Shown here one piece after another: positions 32,071 to 43,844 of a stretch of 64,000 nt of DNA. Source of the DNA: an uncultured Acidimicrobiia bacterium (lineage in GTDB: Bacteria > Acidobacteriota > Terriglobia > Versatilivoradales > Versatilivoraceae). The stretch's first letter is position 1. Every line of letters begins with the position of its first letter. Made by a program: the position numbers and the translations under genes. The stretch lies in assembly GCA_963786955.1 (NCBI GenBank), contig CAWBAT010000004.1, forward strand, positions 192,001-256,000, given 5' to 3'. Below the pieces are notes generated by a model that saw nothing but the letters and a program-made list of their open reading frames with translations, made no database searches and was not told the DNA's origin.

Positions 32071-32847
32071 GTGGCAGTAAGAATATCGGTATTGGCAAGC
32101 AGCAGCTCCGGCAACTGTACATTTATCTCGACTTCTCGTACGAAGATTTTGCTGGACGCAGGAATCAGCCTTAGCCAGATCATCAAGCGTTTGAATTCGA
32201 TCGGTGAATCGCTGGATCACCTCGATGCCGTGGTCATTTCTCATGAGCATATTGATCACGTCAACGGACTCGCAGCGATCCTAAGCAAAAAAGCTATCCC
32301 CCTCTACATCACGAGAGAAACCTATGAGGCCATTGTCCCCTGTCCCCCCTGCTACTGCTTGGAGTTTATAGAATCCGGACAACCTTTCTCGATTAACGGC
32401 CTTTCGATCTGCGGTTTTTCAATTCCTCATGATGCCGCCAACCCGTTGGGCTTTTGCCTGGAGGCTGAAGGGATCCGCATCGGGCATGTGACGGACCTGG
32501 GGTATCTGACGGAACTCGTGGTGCAACGATTGAAGGGTTGTGATGTCATTGTTCTAGAATCCAATCACGATCTGGAAATGCTCAAGGTCGGCCCCTACCC
32601 CTGGCCGCTAAAACAGCGGATCATGAGCAGTCAGGGACATTTGTCAAACGAGGTGGTGGGACGGTTTCTGAACGAGGAATTTGATGGCAAAGCTCGGCAC
32701 ATTGTTTTAGCCCATCTGAGTGAAAGCAATAACCACCCCGACATCGTGCGCATGGTGGCGGCCCAGTCACTGGAACCCAGAGGGTTTGATTTGGGGAACC
32801 TTCACGTGGCCAGTAAAACAAGCCCGAGCCCGATGATTCATTTATGA
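32071..32847 (+). CDS. MBL-fold hydrolase (YycJ/WalJ-like)
   Basis: LASSSSGN, SHEHIDH, ESNHD, GHLSN, AHLSESNN. Confidence 0.9.
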   Translation: MAVRISVLASSSSGNCTFISTSRTKILLDAGISLSQIIKRLNSIGESLDHLDAVVISHEHIDHVNGLAAILSKKAIPLYITRETYEAIVPCPPCYCLEFIESGQPFSINGLSICGFSIPHDAANPLGFCLEAEGIRIGHVTDLGYLTELVVQRLKGCDVIVLESNHDLEMLKVGPYPWPLKQRIMSSQGHLSNEVVGRFLNEEFDGKARHIVLAHLSESNNHPDIVRMVAAQSLEPRGFDLGNLHVASKTSPSPMIHL

Positions 32848-32859
32848 AAGGATAATTCC

Positions 32860-34170
32860 TTGATTTCACGATATACCCGCCCCCCCATGGGGAAAATCTG
32901 GTCGGAAGAGAACAAATACCGAAAATGGTTAGCGGTGGAAATCGCAACCTGTGAGACCCTTGCCGAAATGGGAATCATCCCAGCTGAATCGGTATCGATT
33001 ATCAAAGCCAAAGCAAACTTCAGCGTGAAGCGTATTGACGAGATTGAGAAAGAGGTCAAGCACGATGTTATTGCTTTCACTACTTCCGTGGCTGAATTTG
33101 TCGGTCCGGAATCGCGATACGTTCATTACGGACTGACCTCATCGGATGTTGTGGATACGGCATTAGCGCTTCAGCTCAAAGAAGCCTCAGTCATTTTGGT
33201 GGAAGACTTGGAAGCCTTGCTGACCGCTTTGAAGCATCGTGCTCACGAACATCGTTACACCGTGATGGTGGGCCGCACGCACGGGATCCATGCCGAACCC
33301 ACGACATTGGGTCTGAAGTTGGCAGTTTGGTATGCAGAGGCTCAAAGGAATATGCGTCGCCTCAAGAACGCCATCGAAAATGTTTTGGTCGGGAAAATCT
33401 CGGGAGCCGTCGGCACCTTTGCGCATCTCGAGCCTGCCGTCGAAGAGTCTGTCTGCCGGCGAGTGGGTCTGCAGTTCGATCCGATCTCCACGCAGATTGT
33501 CCAACGCGACCGGCATGCTGAGTTTCTGGCAGTCTTAGCCATTATTGCTGCAAGTTTGGAAAAGATTGCCACCGAAGTCCGCGGGTTACAACGCACCGAG
33601 ATTCGTGAAGTCGAAGAATATTTTTCTCCCGGGCAAAAAGGTTCCTCAGCCATGCCTCACAAGCGAAATCCCGTTACTTGCGAACAAATTTGCGGTCTTG
33701 CCAGAGTCGTCCGGTCGAATCTCCAGGCCGGTCTGGAAAATGTGGCTCTTTGGCATGAGCGAGACATTTCCCATTCTTCGGCGGAGAGAATCATCTTGCC
33801 CGACTCGGTAATTCTTGTCGATTACTTACTAACCAAAACAAAAAATCTGGTTGAGAAAATGTTTGTTTATCCCGAGCGCATGATAGAGAATCTAAACCTG
33901 ATGAAGGGACTGATTTTTTCCGGCCAAATATTACTCGATCTAACTTACAAGGGAGTGACTCGTGAGGATGCCTATCGATGGGTGCAACGCAACGCCATGC
34001 GGGTCTGGAATAACGAGGGCGACTTCAGAACCTGGGTGATAAAAGACGAAGATATCGTAAAACACCTCTCTCCCGCGGAAATCGAAAGGGCCTTCGACCT
34101 CAACCATCAGATTCGGCATGTAGACACTATTTTCAAACGTGTTTTTCAATCTTCCAACGCTAAGGGGTAA
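32860..34170 (+). CDS. purB: Adenylosuccinate lyase
   Basis: GRTHG and SSAMPHKRNP. Confidence 0.98.
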   Translation: MISRYTRPPMGKIWSEENKYRKWLAVEIATCETLAEMGIIPAESVSIIKAKANFSVKRIDEIEKEVKHDVIAFTTSVAEFVGPESRYVHYGLTSSDVVDTALALQLKEASVILVEDLEALLTALKHRAHEHRYTVMVGRTHGIHAEPTTLGLKLAVWYAEAQRNMRRLKNAIENVLVGKISGAVGTFAHLEPAVEESVCRRVGLQFDPISTQIVQRDRHAEFLAVLAIIAASLEKIATEVRGLQRTEIREVEEYFSPGQKGSSAMPHKRNPVTCEQICGLARVVRSNLQAGLENVALWHERDISHSSAERIILPDSVILVDYLLTKTKNLVEKMFVYPERMIENLNLMKGLIFSGQILLDLTYKGVTREDAYRWVQRNAMRVWNNEGDFRTWVIKDEDIVKHLSPAEIERAFDLNHQIRHVDTIFKRVFQSSNAKG

Positions 34171-34179
34171 GCTGCTCTC

Positions 34180-34425
34180 ATGAAAGCAAGAGTCTTTGTC
34201 AGCCTGAAAAAAAGTGTTCTCGATCCTCAAGGCAAGACCATCCATCGTAGCCTGCAGAACCTGGGATATGAAAATGTCAAAGACGTCAGGCAGGGGAAAG
34301 TCTTTGAGATCGATTTGAATAACCACTTGAGCCCAGAGGATGCCCGACAAGAGATTGAGCAGATGGCGCAGTCCGTTCTGGCCAATCCAATCATTGAGCA
34401 GTACAGCTATGAAATCGAAGGATAA
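34180..34425 (+). CDS. purS: FGAM synthase subunit PurS
   Basis: VLDPQG, VRQGK, LANPIIE. Confidence 0.97.
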   Translation: MKARVFVSLKKSVLDPQGKTIHRSLQNLGYENVKDVRQGKVFEIDLNNHLSPEDARQEIEQMAQSVLANPIIEQYSYEIEG

Positions 34426-34433
34426 CGAGCGCC

Positions 34434-35132
34434 ATGAAATTCGGTGTGTTGATATTTCCCGGTAGCAATTGCGAACATGATACCTACCATATGGTGTCCA
34501 AAGTTCTCGAACAACCGGCGCAGTTTATTTGGCACCAGTCTGAGGACCTGGCCGGTTGTGACGCAATTCTGGTTCCCGGCGGCTTTGCTTACGGGGACTA
34601 TTTAAGAACTGGAGCCATTGCGCGATTCTCGCCGGTCATGGGAGCAGTGAAGAAATTTGCTGCCTCCGGAGGACTGGTGCTCGGGATTTGCAACGGATTT
34701 CAAATTCTCTTGGAATCAGGCCTACTTCCGGGAGCCATGCTCAAGAATCAGGGACTCAAATATGTCTGCCGTCACGTGTGTATCCGGGTCGAATCATCGG
34801 CTACTCCTTTTACGGTGTCTTTACGCAAAGATCAGGTCTTGAATATTCCGATTGGGCATATGGAAGGAAACTATTATGCGGACGCCCAAACGCTCTCGCA
34901 ACTGGAAAGGAACCAGCAGATCATTTTTCGCTATTGCACGGCGCAGGGCGAGATCACGGATGTTGCCAATCCCAACGGCTCTCTATTCAATATTGCAGGG
35001 ATCTGCAATGAAGGCCGGAATGTGTTGGGCATGATGCCCCATCCTGAGCGCGCCAGCGAGAAAATACTCGGCAGCGAAGATGGTCTGTTGATTTTTGAAT
35101 CCATGGTTCGTTCCATGGCGCATGCGGTCTGA
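34434..35132 (+). CDS. purQ: FGAM synthase subunit PurQ
   Basis: FPGSNC, GICNGFQ, MMPHPER. Confidence 0.97.
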   Translation: MKFGVLIFPGSNCEHDTYHMVSKVLEQPAQFIWHQSEDLAGCDAILVPGGFAYGDYLRTGAIARFSPVMGAVKKFAASGGLVLGICNGFQILLESGLLPGAMLKNQGLKYVCRHVCIRVESSATPFTVSLRKDQVLNIPIGHMEGNYYADAQTLSQLERNQQIIFRYCTAQGEITDVANPNGSLFNIAGICNEGRNVLGMMPHPERASEKILGSEDGLLIFESMVRSMAHAV

Positions 35133-35148
35133 GGCAGAAGCAATCACG

Positions 35149-37443
35149 ATGATCACTGAAATACAAATTACTCCTGAACTGCTTGCTCAGCATAATCTGA
35201 CTGAAGAGGAATACCAGCGCATCGCGAGTTGCCTGGGACGACAACCCAATCTCACAGAACTGGGGATCTTCAGTGTGATGTGGAGTGAACATTGCAGCTA
35301 CAAGAGCTCCAAGGTCCATCTGAAACGGCTCCCCACCACTGGCCCGAGAATCCTGCAAGGGCCCGGTGAGAATGCTGGAATCATTGATATCGGGGACGAT
35401 TACGCCATCGCCTTCAAGATCGAGTCACACAACCACCCGAGCTTCATCGAACCTTATCAAGGAGCGGCAACCGGAGTCGGAGGCATCCTGCGGGATATCT
35501 TTACGATGGGAGCGCGTCCTATTGCAGCCATGAATTCCTTGCGCTTCGGCCCACTCACGCAGGTGCACAATCGAAGGATTATGGAAGGAGTCGTTGCCGG
35601 TATCGCGGGCTACGGAAACTGTTTCGGCGTACCCACCATTGGCGGCGAGGTGGTATTTGAGGAGTCTTATTCGCAGAACCCACTTGTGAATGCGTTCGCC
35701 CTGGGCATTTTCAAAAAGAACCAAATCTTTTATGGAAGAGCCAGCGGGGTTGGCAACCCGGTCATCTACGTCGGCTCAAAAACCGGACGGGACGGAATTC
35801 ACGGCGCCACGATGGCCTCTGCCGAGTTTGACGAGGAATCCGAAAGCAAGCGCCCCAACGTCCAGGTAGGCGACCCCTTCATGGAAAAGCTGCTGCTTGA
35901 AGCTTGTCTGGAGGCCATGAAAACCGGCGCGATCGTTGGAATTCAGGACATGGGCGCAGCCGGCTTGACGTGTTCGACCTGTGAAATGGGGTCCCGGGCA
36001 GGGACGGGAATGGAGGTTGACCTGCAATTTGTCCCCCAACGTGAGACGGGGATGTCGCCTTACGAAATCATGCTGAGCGAATCACAGGAACGCATGTTGC
36101 TGGTCGCTGAAAAAGGCCGCGAAGAAGAGATCCTGCAAGTCTTTCGCAAATGGGAGATAGACGCCGTCGTGATCGGGTGGGTCACCGACGATGCAATTCT
36201 GCGGGTGAAACATTTTGGTCAGGTCGTGGCAGAGATTCCGAACCGGGCTCTGACAGATGAAGCGCCCGTGTATCATCGCCCCTTAAAGCCACCTGAAATC
36301 AGTCCTGCGACCAACCCTGTCCAGCTCGATTTACCGGGACCAGAAGGGGGGCAGGGGAAACTTGACTTTAACGAGGTTTTAGGGCGCTTTCTTAGATCCC
36401 CTACACTTGCCTCCAAGGAATGGGTCTACCAGCAATATGACCATATGGTGCGCACGAATACCGCGCAATTGCCGGGCGCGGATGCTGCCGTCATTCGAAT
36501 TAAAGGAACGGATAAAGCCTTGGCGATGAGCTTGGATGGGAACGGCCGGTATTGCAAGAAAGACCCACGACGGGGTGCGCAAATCGCAGTTGCCGAGAGT
36601 TGTCGGAATTTGATTTGTGCGGGGGCACAACCGATAGCGGCGACCAATTGCCTGAATTTCGGGAACCCTCAGAAACCTGAAATTATGTGGCAATTCAGCG
36701 AGGCCATCGATGGCATTGCAGAAGCCTGCTTGACGTTTGAGACTCCGGTCACCGGCGGCAACGTGAGCTTTTACAATGAAACTCTCGGAGAGGGGATTTA
36801 CCCCACACCGGTCATCGGCATGGTGGGACTGATTGAACCCATTCGTGATGGGAGAGGGTCGTGGTTTGTTGACGACGGTGATATGATTGTTCTACTAGGC
36901 TCTCTGATTGATCCGGATTGTGCCTATTCCAAGGCGGCCAAGGAAACGCTGCGATCTTGCATGCGATGGATTCCCCTTGAAGAAGATCTTTATGCCCGTT
37001 GGGCAAACTTACTGCCCTGCCCTCCCATTGACCTGCAACAGGAGAAACGGGTACAAACGACCTGCCTGGAAGGAATTCGCTCAAGAGCGATTCTGTCTGC
37101 TCATGATTGTTCGGAAGGCGGACTGGCTATTGCGCTAGCCGAAATGAGTTTCTCCCACTTTACGGCATCGGCTAAGGGAGCGACGATTGAGATTCCTGGG
37201 GCTCATGCGCTGGAGAATGTACTGTTCGGAGAATATCAGTCTCGCATCCTGGTGACCGTGAAGGACCACGACCTTCCAGTTTTAGAAAGAATAGCTCATA
37301 CTCACTCTGTACGAATAACAAGAATTGGGAAGGTGGGAGGAAACGAGCTACGGATCTTCGTCGATGGTTCCCTGGTTGTAAGCCAGGACGTTCATGACGC
37401 TGAGAAGGGCTGGAGAACGAGTCTGGGACATTATTTTGATTGA
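35149..37443 (+). CDS. purL: FGAM synthase subunit PurL
   Basis: [32 protein letters not shown]. Confidence 0.98.
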   Translation: MITEIQITPELLAQHNLTEEEYQRIASCLGRQPNLTELGIFSVMWSEHCSYKSSKVHLKRLPTTGPRILQGPGENAGIIDIGDDYAIAFKIESHNHPSFIEPYQGAATGVGGILRDIFTMGARPIAAMNSLRFGPLTQVHNRRIMEGVVAGIAGYGNCFGVPTIGGEVVFEESYSQNPLVNAFALGIFKKNQIFYGRASGVGNPVIYVGSKTGRDGIHGATMASAEFDEESESKRPNVQVGDPFMEKLLLEACLEAMKTGAIVGIQDMGAAGLTCSTCEMGSRAGTGMEVDLQFVPQRETGMSPYEIMLSESQERMLLVAEKGREEEILQVFRKWEIDAVVIGWVTDDAILRVKHFGQVVAEIPNRALTDEAPVYHRPLKPPEISPATNPVQLDLPGPEGGQGKLDFNEVLGRFLRSPTLASKEWVYQQYDHMVRTNTAQLPGADAAVIRIKGTDKALAMSLDGNGRYCKKDPRRGAQIAVAESCRNLICAGAQPIAATNCLNFGNPQKPEIMWQFSEAIDGIAEACLTFETPVTGGNVSFYNETLGEGIYPTPVIGMVGLIEPIRDGRGSWFVDDGDMIVLLGSLIDPDCAYSKAAKETLRSCMRWIPLEEDLYARWANLLPCPPIDLQQEKRVQTTCLEGIRSRAILSAHDCSEGGLAIALAEMSFSHFTASAKGATIEIPGAHALENVLFGEYQSRILVTVKDHDLPVLERIAHTHSVRITRIGKVGGNELRIFVDGSLVVSQDVHDAEKGWRTSLGHYFD

Positions 37444-37459
37444 TCCCGTGAACTCATGA

Positions 37460-37683
37460 AGGTGCGAAGAATTGGTTTCGGTGATACTCTGCGAGTGTCC
37501 CCCTTGGTAAAGGGGGACTCCAGGGGGTTCGTCCCTCATGACTTACGACCACCCCCTTGCCCCCTCCTAAACAAGGAGGGGAACCCAAATTGTAGCGGCG
37601 CTCTATGAGCGCCGACCAAGCCGTTGAAATGAAAAGAACACGGCGGTCGCAGACCGCCGCTACAACCGATTTCTTCAGGCCTG
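37460..37683. repeat. MITE-like composite with REP hairpins between purL and purF
   Basis: Ends aggtgcgaagaattggtt / aaccgatttcttcaggcct; internal tgtagcggcg...cgccgctaca pair. Confidence 0.6.
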
Positions 37684-37786
37684 AATGGCGCAAGTGGATG
37701 GCGGGGACCTCTCTCTTTTTGCCAGGATAGAGCCAGTCGATTGACGTTTTCAGCATTCGTGGTTTAATCCCTGATAAGGAACTATT

Positions 37787-39178
37787 ATGGAAGACAAATT
37801 TCGTGAGGAATGCGGAGTATTCGGAATTTACAACCATGCCGATGCGGCCCGAATCACTTATCTCGGGCTTTACGCGTTGCAGCATCGGGGACAGGAAAGC
37901 GCTGGAATCATCTCTTCCGACCGGCAGCAACTGTACTCCGAAAAAGGCATGGGACACGTCGCCGAAATCTTTACTGAATCTCGCCTGGAAAACTTAAAGG
38001 GTGATGTCGCCATCGGTCATACCCGGTATTCAACGGCTGGCGACAGTTCCTTACGGAATGCGCAACCTTTTCACGCCACCTTCAGTAAAGGGAGTCTGGC
38101 GCTCGGTCATAACGGAAATCTGGTCAACGCCCAGGAGATTCGCACCCAACTCGAATCTGAAGGATCAATTTTCTATTCCACCAGCGACAGTGAAGTGATT
38201 TTGCATCTGATCGCCAAATCCCGGCAGCCCAGCATCGAAGAGGCTATTCAAGAGGCCTTGCTCCAAGTTACTGGCGCCTATTCCTTAGTCTTTCTGACCC
38301 CTGAGAAGATGATTGCGGTCAGGGACCCTCGAGGTTTTAGGCCGCTCTGTTTTGGATATCTCGACGGGTCTCCAGTAGTCGCGTCAGAGAGTTGTGCCTT
38401 TGACTTGATTGATGCGGAATTTGAACGGGAAATCGAACCGGGTGAAATGTTGATCTTCTCGGAGGAAGGCGTCGACTCACGCAAGATTTTTCCTCCGGTT
38501 AATCCCGCCTTTTGCATCTTCGAGCATGTATACTTTTCCAGACCTGACAGTGTGGTCTTCGGGAGGTCGGTCTACCAAAGCCGTTACCTTTTAGGCAAGA
38601 CGTTGGCTCGAGAAAAACCTGCGCAGGCCGAAATTGTAGTCCCTGTTCCTGACTCGGGAGTCGCAGCGGCCATTGGGTTCTCTCACGAATCGGGGATCCC
38701 TTTTGAATTCGGGTTGATCCGCAATCATTACGTTGGACGGACTTTCATTGAACCGAGACAAGCCATCCGGCACTTTGGAGTGAGAATCAAACTAAACCCG
38801 GTTAAAGACCTGCTCCAGGGAAAGCGGGTGATTTTAGTGGATGATTCCATTGTCCGGGGGACTACCAGCCGGAAGATCGTGAAGATGGTGCGTGCCGCAG
38901 GTGCCACTGAAGTCCATATGAGAATCAGTTGCCCCCCCACGATTTCTCCTTGCTACTACGGTGTCGACACACCTACCAAAAGAGAACTCATCGCTTCCAG
39001 CCACACGGTGGAAGAAACTTGCAAATACATTGAAGCCGACTCTCTAGGATACTTGAGTCACGCCGGGATGCTCCGAGCCTGCGGGGTTTCGGAAGAAGAG
39101 AATCATTTCTGTTCGGCATGTTACACAGGAAAATACCCTGTCGAGTTTCCGTTAAACAGCCTGGTACAGATTCGGTGA
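37787..39178 (+). CDS. purF: Amidophosphoribosyltransferase
   Basis: EECGVFG, QHRGQE, VDDSIVRGTT. Confidence 0.98.
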   Translation: MEDKFREECGVFGIYNHADAARITYLGLYALQHRGQESAGIISSDRQQLYSEKGMGHVAEIFTESRLENLKGDVAIGHTRYSTAGDSSLRNAQPFHATFSKGSLALGHNGNLVNAQEIRTQLESEGSIFYSTSDSEVILHLIAKSRQPSIEEAIQEALLQVTGAYSLVFLTPEKMIAVRDPRGFRPLCFGYLDGSPVVASESCAFDLIDAEFEREIEPGEMLIFSEEGVDSRKIFPPVNPAFCIFEHVYFSRPDSVVFGRSVYQSRYLLGKTLAREKPAQAEIVVPVPDSGVAAAIGFSHESGIPFEFGLIRNHYVGRTFIEPRQAIRHFGVRIKLNPVKDLLQGKRVILVDDSIVRGTTSRKIVKMVRAAGATEVHMRISCPPTISPCYYGVDTPTKRELIASSHTVEETCKYIEADSLGYLSHAGMLRACGVSEEENHFCSACYTGKYPVEFPLNSLVQIR

Positions 39179-39289
39179 GTCGTATTTTTCACCCCTTCAG
39201 AACCGTCAGATACCCCGGTAGGCATTCGCTTCTCCCCCACCCAGGCTATGATTCAAGCAACGCCAAGAAATGGAAAGAAAATCCAAGCC

Positions 39290-40330
39290 ATGACAAAGCA
39301 GATTTCAAGCTATCGTGAAGCTGGGGTCGATATCGATCGGGCCAATCAAGCCAAGAAGAAAATCAAGTTCCTCGCCAAACAAACATTCACTCGTGGCGTT
39401 TTAACAGAGATTGGCGGTTTCGGCGGGCTGTTCTCTCTCAATCACCATCACAATGGCCAGACCGTTTTGGTATCCAGTGTTGACGGAGTGGGAACTAAAT
39501 TGAAGATCGCCTTCGCCACCGGGATTCATGATACGGTTGGCAAGGATCTCGTGTCCCATTGCGTCAATGACATCCTGGTCCAGGGTGCCACGCCGCTTTT
39601 TTTCATGGATTACATTGCCACCGGGAAGCTATCCCCCCAGATCGTTGCCGAAGTCGTCAAAGGCATCGCCGCAGGTTGCAGGGAAGCGGGTTGCGCGCTT
39701 CTAGGAGGCGAAACGGCCGAAATGCCCGGCTTCTATCAGGAAGGTGAATATGACCTGGCGGGATTTATCGTCGGAGTAGTGGAAAAACGAAAGATTATCG
39801 ATGGAAAGAGCATTCGATCGGGTCATGTCATTCTTGGCATTCCTTCCGCAGGCCTGCACACCAATGGTTATTCCTTAGCGCGCAAACTCCTATTGGAATC
39901 AGCAGCCTATGGAGTGGACAGTTTTCTGCCGGAACTCAATGCAACAGTTGGAGAGGCTCTGTTGGCTCCCCATCTCAACTATCTGCCCGTACTGAAACCC
40001 TTAATCGCGAAGAGATTGGTCAAGGGGTTGTCTCATATCACGGGTGGGGGGTTGACGGAAAATATCCCCAGGATACTTCCCCCTCGTTGTAATGCCCGGA
40101 TTCGGCTAAGGTCGTGGCCGGTTCCGCCCATCTTCCATCTGCTGCAACGCCTCGGAAATATCCCGGAACAGGAAATGCTGCGAACTTTCAATATGGGAAT
40201 CGGAATGGTTTTAGTTGTCTCCCCCCGAGACCTTCCTAGCATCCTGCGTTATTTCAAGGGTCGACGAGAAACCGTGTACCCGCTTGGCGAGATTGGCACC
40301 GGGGCTAACAAGGTTGTCTACCAGTCATGA
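39290..40330 (+). CDS. purM: Phosphoribosylaminoimidazole synthetase
   Basis: YREAGVDI, DGVGTK, GGETAEMPG, HITGGG. Confidence 0.97.
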   Translation: MTKQISSYREAGVDIDRANQAKKKIKFLAKQTFTRGVLTEIGGFGGLFSLNHHHNGQTVLVSSVDGVGTKLKIAFATGIHDTVGKDLVSHCVNDILVQGATPLFFMDYIATGKLSPQIVAEVVKGIAAGCREAGCALLGGETAEMPGFYQEGEYDLAGFIVGVVEKRKIIDGKSIRSGHVILGIPSAGLHTNGYSLARKLLLESAAYGVDSFLPELNATVGEALLAPHLNYLPVLKPLIAKRLVKGLSHITGGGLTENIPRILPPRCNARIRLRSWPVPPIFHLLQRLGNIPEQEMLRTFNMGIGMVLVVSPRDLPSILRYFKGRRETVYPLGEIGTGANKVVYQS

Positions 40331-40947
40331 AGAAACTTGGGATTCTACTTTCAGGACGCGGGTCGAACTTCGAGGCGATTGCACAGCATATTGAGAATGG
40401 GAAACTGGATGCAGAGATTGCTCTTGTCCTCGGCAACGTCCAGGAAGCCCCTGGACTCGCACGTGCGAGGCAGCGAGGGCTGGAAACCCTTTTCCTCCCT
40501 TCAAAAGGATTGGATCGGGGGAGTTATGACCAAGAGTTGGTCGCCGCGTTGAAAGCCAGACAAGTCAATCTTGTCTGCCTGGCAGGCTTCATGCGATTAT
40601 TGAGCGCGACTTTCATCGAGGCATTCCCTCGCCGGATTCTGAACATTCACCCTTCGCTGCTGCCGGCTTTCCCGGGGCTCGATGCCCAGCGCCAGGCTCT
40701 GCAATATGGTGTGAGGTATTCCGGTTGTACGGTTCACTTCGTGGATGAGGGTTTAGATTCGGGTCCCATTATCTTGCAGAGAGTCGTCCCCGTGCTTCCA
40801 GACGATTCGGAGCACACCCTGGCAGACCGCATCCTGGCAGAAGAACACCAAATTTATTCCGAGGCAATTCAATTGGTTTTGCAGAACCGAATTCGCATCG
40901 AAGCCAGAAGGGTTATCATCTTGCCTGAAAAGGAGTTTTTGGGCTGA
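40327..40947 (+). CDS. purN: Phosphoribosylglycinamide formyltransferase
   Basis: [20 protein letters not shown]. Confidence 0.97.
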   Translation: MKKLGILLSGRGSNFEAIAQHIENGKLDAEIALVLGNVQEAPGLARARQRGLETLFLPSKGLDRGSYDQELVAALKARQVNLVCLAGFMRLLSATFIEAFPRRILNIHPSLLPAFPGLDAQRQALQYGVRYSGCTVHFVDEGLDSGPIILQRVVPVLPDDSEHTLADRILAEEHQIYSEAIQLVLQNRIRIEARRVIILPEKEFLG

Positions 40948-42188
40948 ACCATACCATTCCTGAACAACTCGACTATATTTCCAGAGGCTCTGTTGAGATC
41001 ATCCGAGCCGAAGAGCTCAAGACCAAACTGGAGCGCTTTGCGAAGAGCGGAAAGCCACTACGCGTCAAGGCTGGGTTCGATCCTACCGCTCCGGATCTTC
41101 ATCTGGGGCATACGGTGCTCATCCGCAAACTGAAACACTTTCAAGATCTGGGTCACACGGTTATTTTCATGATCGGCGATTTTACAGGCATGATCGGTGA
41201 CCCCAGCGGACGGAATGTGGTGAGAAAACAGCTGTCCCGTGAAGAAGTTGCCAAGAATGCCGATACATACAAAGAACAAGTTTTTAAGATTCTTGATCCC
41301 CAGAAAACGGTCCTGGATTTTAACAGCCGCTGGATGTCGGCGCTCTCAAGTGAAGATTTTGTCCGGTTGGCATCACACTATACGGTGGCACGCATGCTTG
41401 AGCGGGATGATTTCAATAATCGGCTCAAAAATAATCAGCCCATCTCTATGCATGAAATTCTCTACCCTCTCGTCCAGGGTTATGACTCCGTGGTTCTAAA
41501 GGCTGACGTGGAATTGGGAGGAACCGATCAAAAATTTAATTTACTCGTTGGTCGGGAATTGCAAAAGGAATACGGACAGGAACCGCAAGTCGTTCTCACG
41601 ATGCCGATCCTGGAGGGATTAGACGGCGTGCAGAAAATGTCCAAGTCCTTAAACAACTATATTGGGATTAAAGACCCCCCCCAGGAAATGTTCGGGAAGG
41701 TCATGTCGATCTCCGATGAGCTGATGTTTCGCTACTATGAACTCTGCTCGGACGTTCGAATGTCAGAAATCAATGAGCTCCGCCAAGACATTGTATCAGG
41801 GAAAAGACACCCCCGAATGGTTAAGGCTGAGCTGGCAAAACTGATTATTCGCGATTTTCATTCACCGGAAGCGGCGGTGGCTGCGGAACAGGAATTTAAT
41901 CGAATCTTCGTACAGAAGAAGGATCCAGAAGACATCGAGGAAAAAAGACTTCACGGGTCTCATCAGAAAATCCGTTTAGCCAAGTTGATCGCCCAATTTG
42001 GACTGGCGCCCTCAGCCACGGAAGCCCATCGGTTGATCGAACAAGGAGCGGTGACCTGGAATAATGAACGGGTTTCGAACATCAGAGCGGAGCTGGACTG
42101 CTCCATTCCGACCACGCACATTCTTAAAGTCGGTAAGCGCCGATTCGTGAAAGTTATTGTAGAATCTAATTCCAGCCCACAATCCTAA
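40944..42188 (+). CDS. tyrS: Tyrosine-tRNA ligase; probable CTG start
   Basis: Open frame upstream of 41115 encodes [18 protein letters not shown]; GGTDQ, KMSKS, S4 domain. Confidence 0.95.
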   Translation: MNHTIPEQLDYISRGSVEIIRAEELKTKLERFAKSGKPLRVKAGFDPTAPDLHLGHTVLIRKLKHFQDLGHTVIFMIGDFTGMIGDPSGRNVVRKQLSREEVAKNADTYKEQVFKILDPQKTVLDFNSRWMSALSSEDFVRLASHYTVARMLERDDFNNRLKNNQPISMHEILYPLVQGYDSVVLKADVELGGTDQKFNLLVGRELQKEYGQEPQVVLTMPILEGLDGVQKMSKSLNNYIGIKDPPQEMFGKVMSISDELMFRYYELCSDVRMSEINELRQDIVSGKRHPRMVKAELAKLIIRDFHSPEAAVAAEQEFNRIFVQKKDPEDIEEKRLHGSHQKIRLAKLIAQFGLAPSATEAHRLIEQGAVTWNNERVSNIRAELDCSIPTTHILKVGKRRFVKVIVESNSSPQS

Positions 42189-42205
42189 TCGGGAGATGAA
42201 GCGGG

Positions 42206-43759
42206 ATGCGGTGTTTTAAATGCGGTGAGGAACAGACAGAAGGGAATGTCTTTTGTACGAAATGCGGTATTCGTATGACCGGCCCGCAGTTCCCTGTGAC
42301 CAGCTCAGAAGAAGCCCCTCTGGCGCCGGTTACTGTCTCGCCCACAGCAAACGAAGAGGAACAGCGGATCCTGAAGGAGCTGAAAGAAGCGCTTAAAGGC
42401 GTGGAGGGACAAAAGGAAACGCTCCCACCCCCTGCGACGATATTTAGTGGTTCCAAGAAGAAAACCTGGCTGGCCGGAGGGGTTTTTCTCTTTGTTCTCG
42501 TTGCCGGAATCAATCTGCTGCTAATCGTTAAGAATCGTGAGACTCCGGCCCCGGCGACTTCACCCTCTTCATCTACTTCGCCCGAGCAGACAGCCCCGGT
42601 TCCGAATGCAGCCCCTACGGTAGATGAATCGACGCGGATGACTATCGGGAAAATGGCGGCAATCTTGGAAGCAATCTCCATTTTCACCAATGGCAAAAAA
42701 GGTCTTCCTCCCACTTTGATTGCCGTCAATCGTGCTTATGCTGATCCGGACATCTTACGGGACGGCTGGGGGCAAGGCTTTATTTACCTGGTTGATCTTA
42801 CCAATAAGACGTTTGTCCTCAGTTCCGCTGGCCCTGATGGCAAGAGAGGCACTCAAGATGATCTTTCTGTCATCAGTGAGGAAGCTGCAAACTGGCTTAG
42901 GCTCAATGAACTCGTCATTGGAGAATGGAGATCCGTCAACCCCAATCTGTATGCCCAGCTGGCAAACACCGGCCCGACTCCCGTCGAAGTTAAGAAACCA
43001 GATGTTGCGGGGAAACAGGAGCTAGAGAAAAAACGGGCAGCTGAAGCCAAAATTCAAGCTGAAGCGGAGCAGGAGCGTAAACGTCTCGCGGCAGCCCACC
43101 TTGAAGAAGAAAAGAAACAGTTGGAAGCAAGAAAACGCGAAGAAGAACTGCGACAAGCCAAGGCGAGAGAAGAGGCTCTGCGAGAACAACAGGCAGCCCA
43201 AAAGCCTGACCAGGTTAAAGATGATTTCTCAGAAGGCCTTGCGCAATGGGATGCTCCTCCAACCTGGGAAATTACTAAGGAAAAAGACGCGTCTGGTTTG
43301 AAGGTTCAGGGATTGGGCTTCCTGAAGAAAGGCGAGAAGTGGGACAACTATAAAGTTGAATTTGACATTAAGGTCATCAAAGAATCGGCAGGCTGGGTAA
43401 TTCGGGCGAAGAATTCAAATAGCTTCTATCTCTTTAAGCTTTCTTCGGACAAGGCTAAGGCGGTTCCCAAGAATAGTCTGATCCGGTACATCCGGTCCGA
43501 TGACAAGTATCTCAGCTCACTGAAGTTGGAAGATGCTCCAGGAGCCGCCGCTGTCACCCCCCTTCCTTTCAAGGTAAAGAACAAGGAATACTATAAAGTC
43601 ACTGTCACCTTGCGTGGCAATACGATCACGCATTCTATTGATGGGACCCAAGTCGATGCCTGGTCAGATGACACCTTTAACCATGGCCGTTTCGGGTTCA
43701 ATGCCAGCGTCATTGAAGCAGCCACGATCCGAAATTTTCTGGTAGAGCCTCTGCGGTAA
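42206..43759 (+). CDS. Membrane protein: zinc ribbon, TM helix, GspG-like motif, coiled coil, DUF1080-like beta domain
   Basis: CFKC..FCTKCG; DGWGQ...LSSAGPDGKRGTQDD; A/E/K-rich helix; W.NY.VEFD...I..SIDG...GRFGF. Confidence 0.7.
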   Translation: MRCFKCGEEQTEGNVFCTKCGIRMTGPQFPVTSSEEAPLAPVTVSPTANEEEQRILKELKEALKGVEGQKETLPPPATIFSGSKKKTWLAGGVFLFVLVAGINLLLIVKNRETPAPATSPSSSTSPEQTAPVPNAAPTVDESTRMTIGKMAAILEAISIFTNGKKGLPPTLIAVNRAYADPDILRDGWGQGFIYLVDLTNKTFVLSSAGPDGKRGTQDDLSVISEEAANWLRLNELVIGEWRSVNPNLYAQLANTGPTPVEVKKPDVAGKQELEKKRAAEAKIQAEAEQERKRLAAAHLEEEKKQLEARKREEELRQAKAREEALREQQAAQKPDQVKDDFSEGLAQWDAPPTWEITKEKDASGLKVQGLGFLKKGEKWDNYKVEFDIKVIKESAGWVIRAKNSNSFYLFKLSSDKAKAVPKNSLIRYIRSDDKYLSSLKLEDAPGAAAVTPLPFKVKNKEYYKVTVTLRGNTITHSIDGTQVDAWSDDTFNHGRFGFNASVIEAATIRNFLVEPLR

Positions 43760-43844
43760 CAAAAACGCCTGGGCATCGAATCGCTTATACCAGCGTATCC
43801 TCGCTGGAGCCATGCAGAAAAAATTCGCTGGTCTGGCCACCCTC

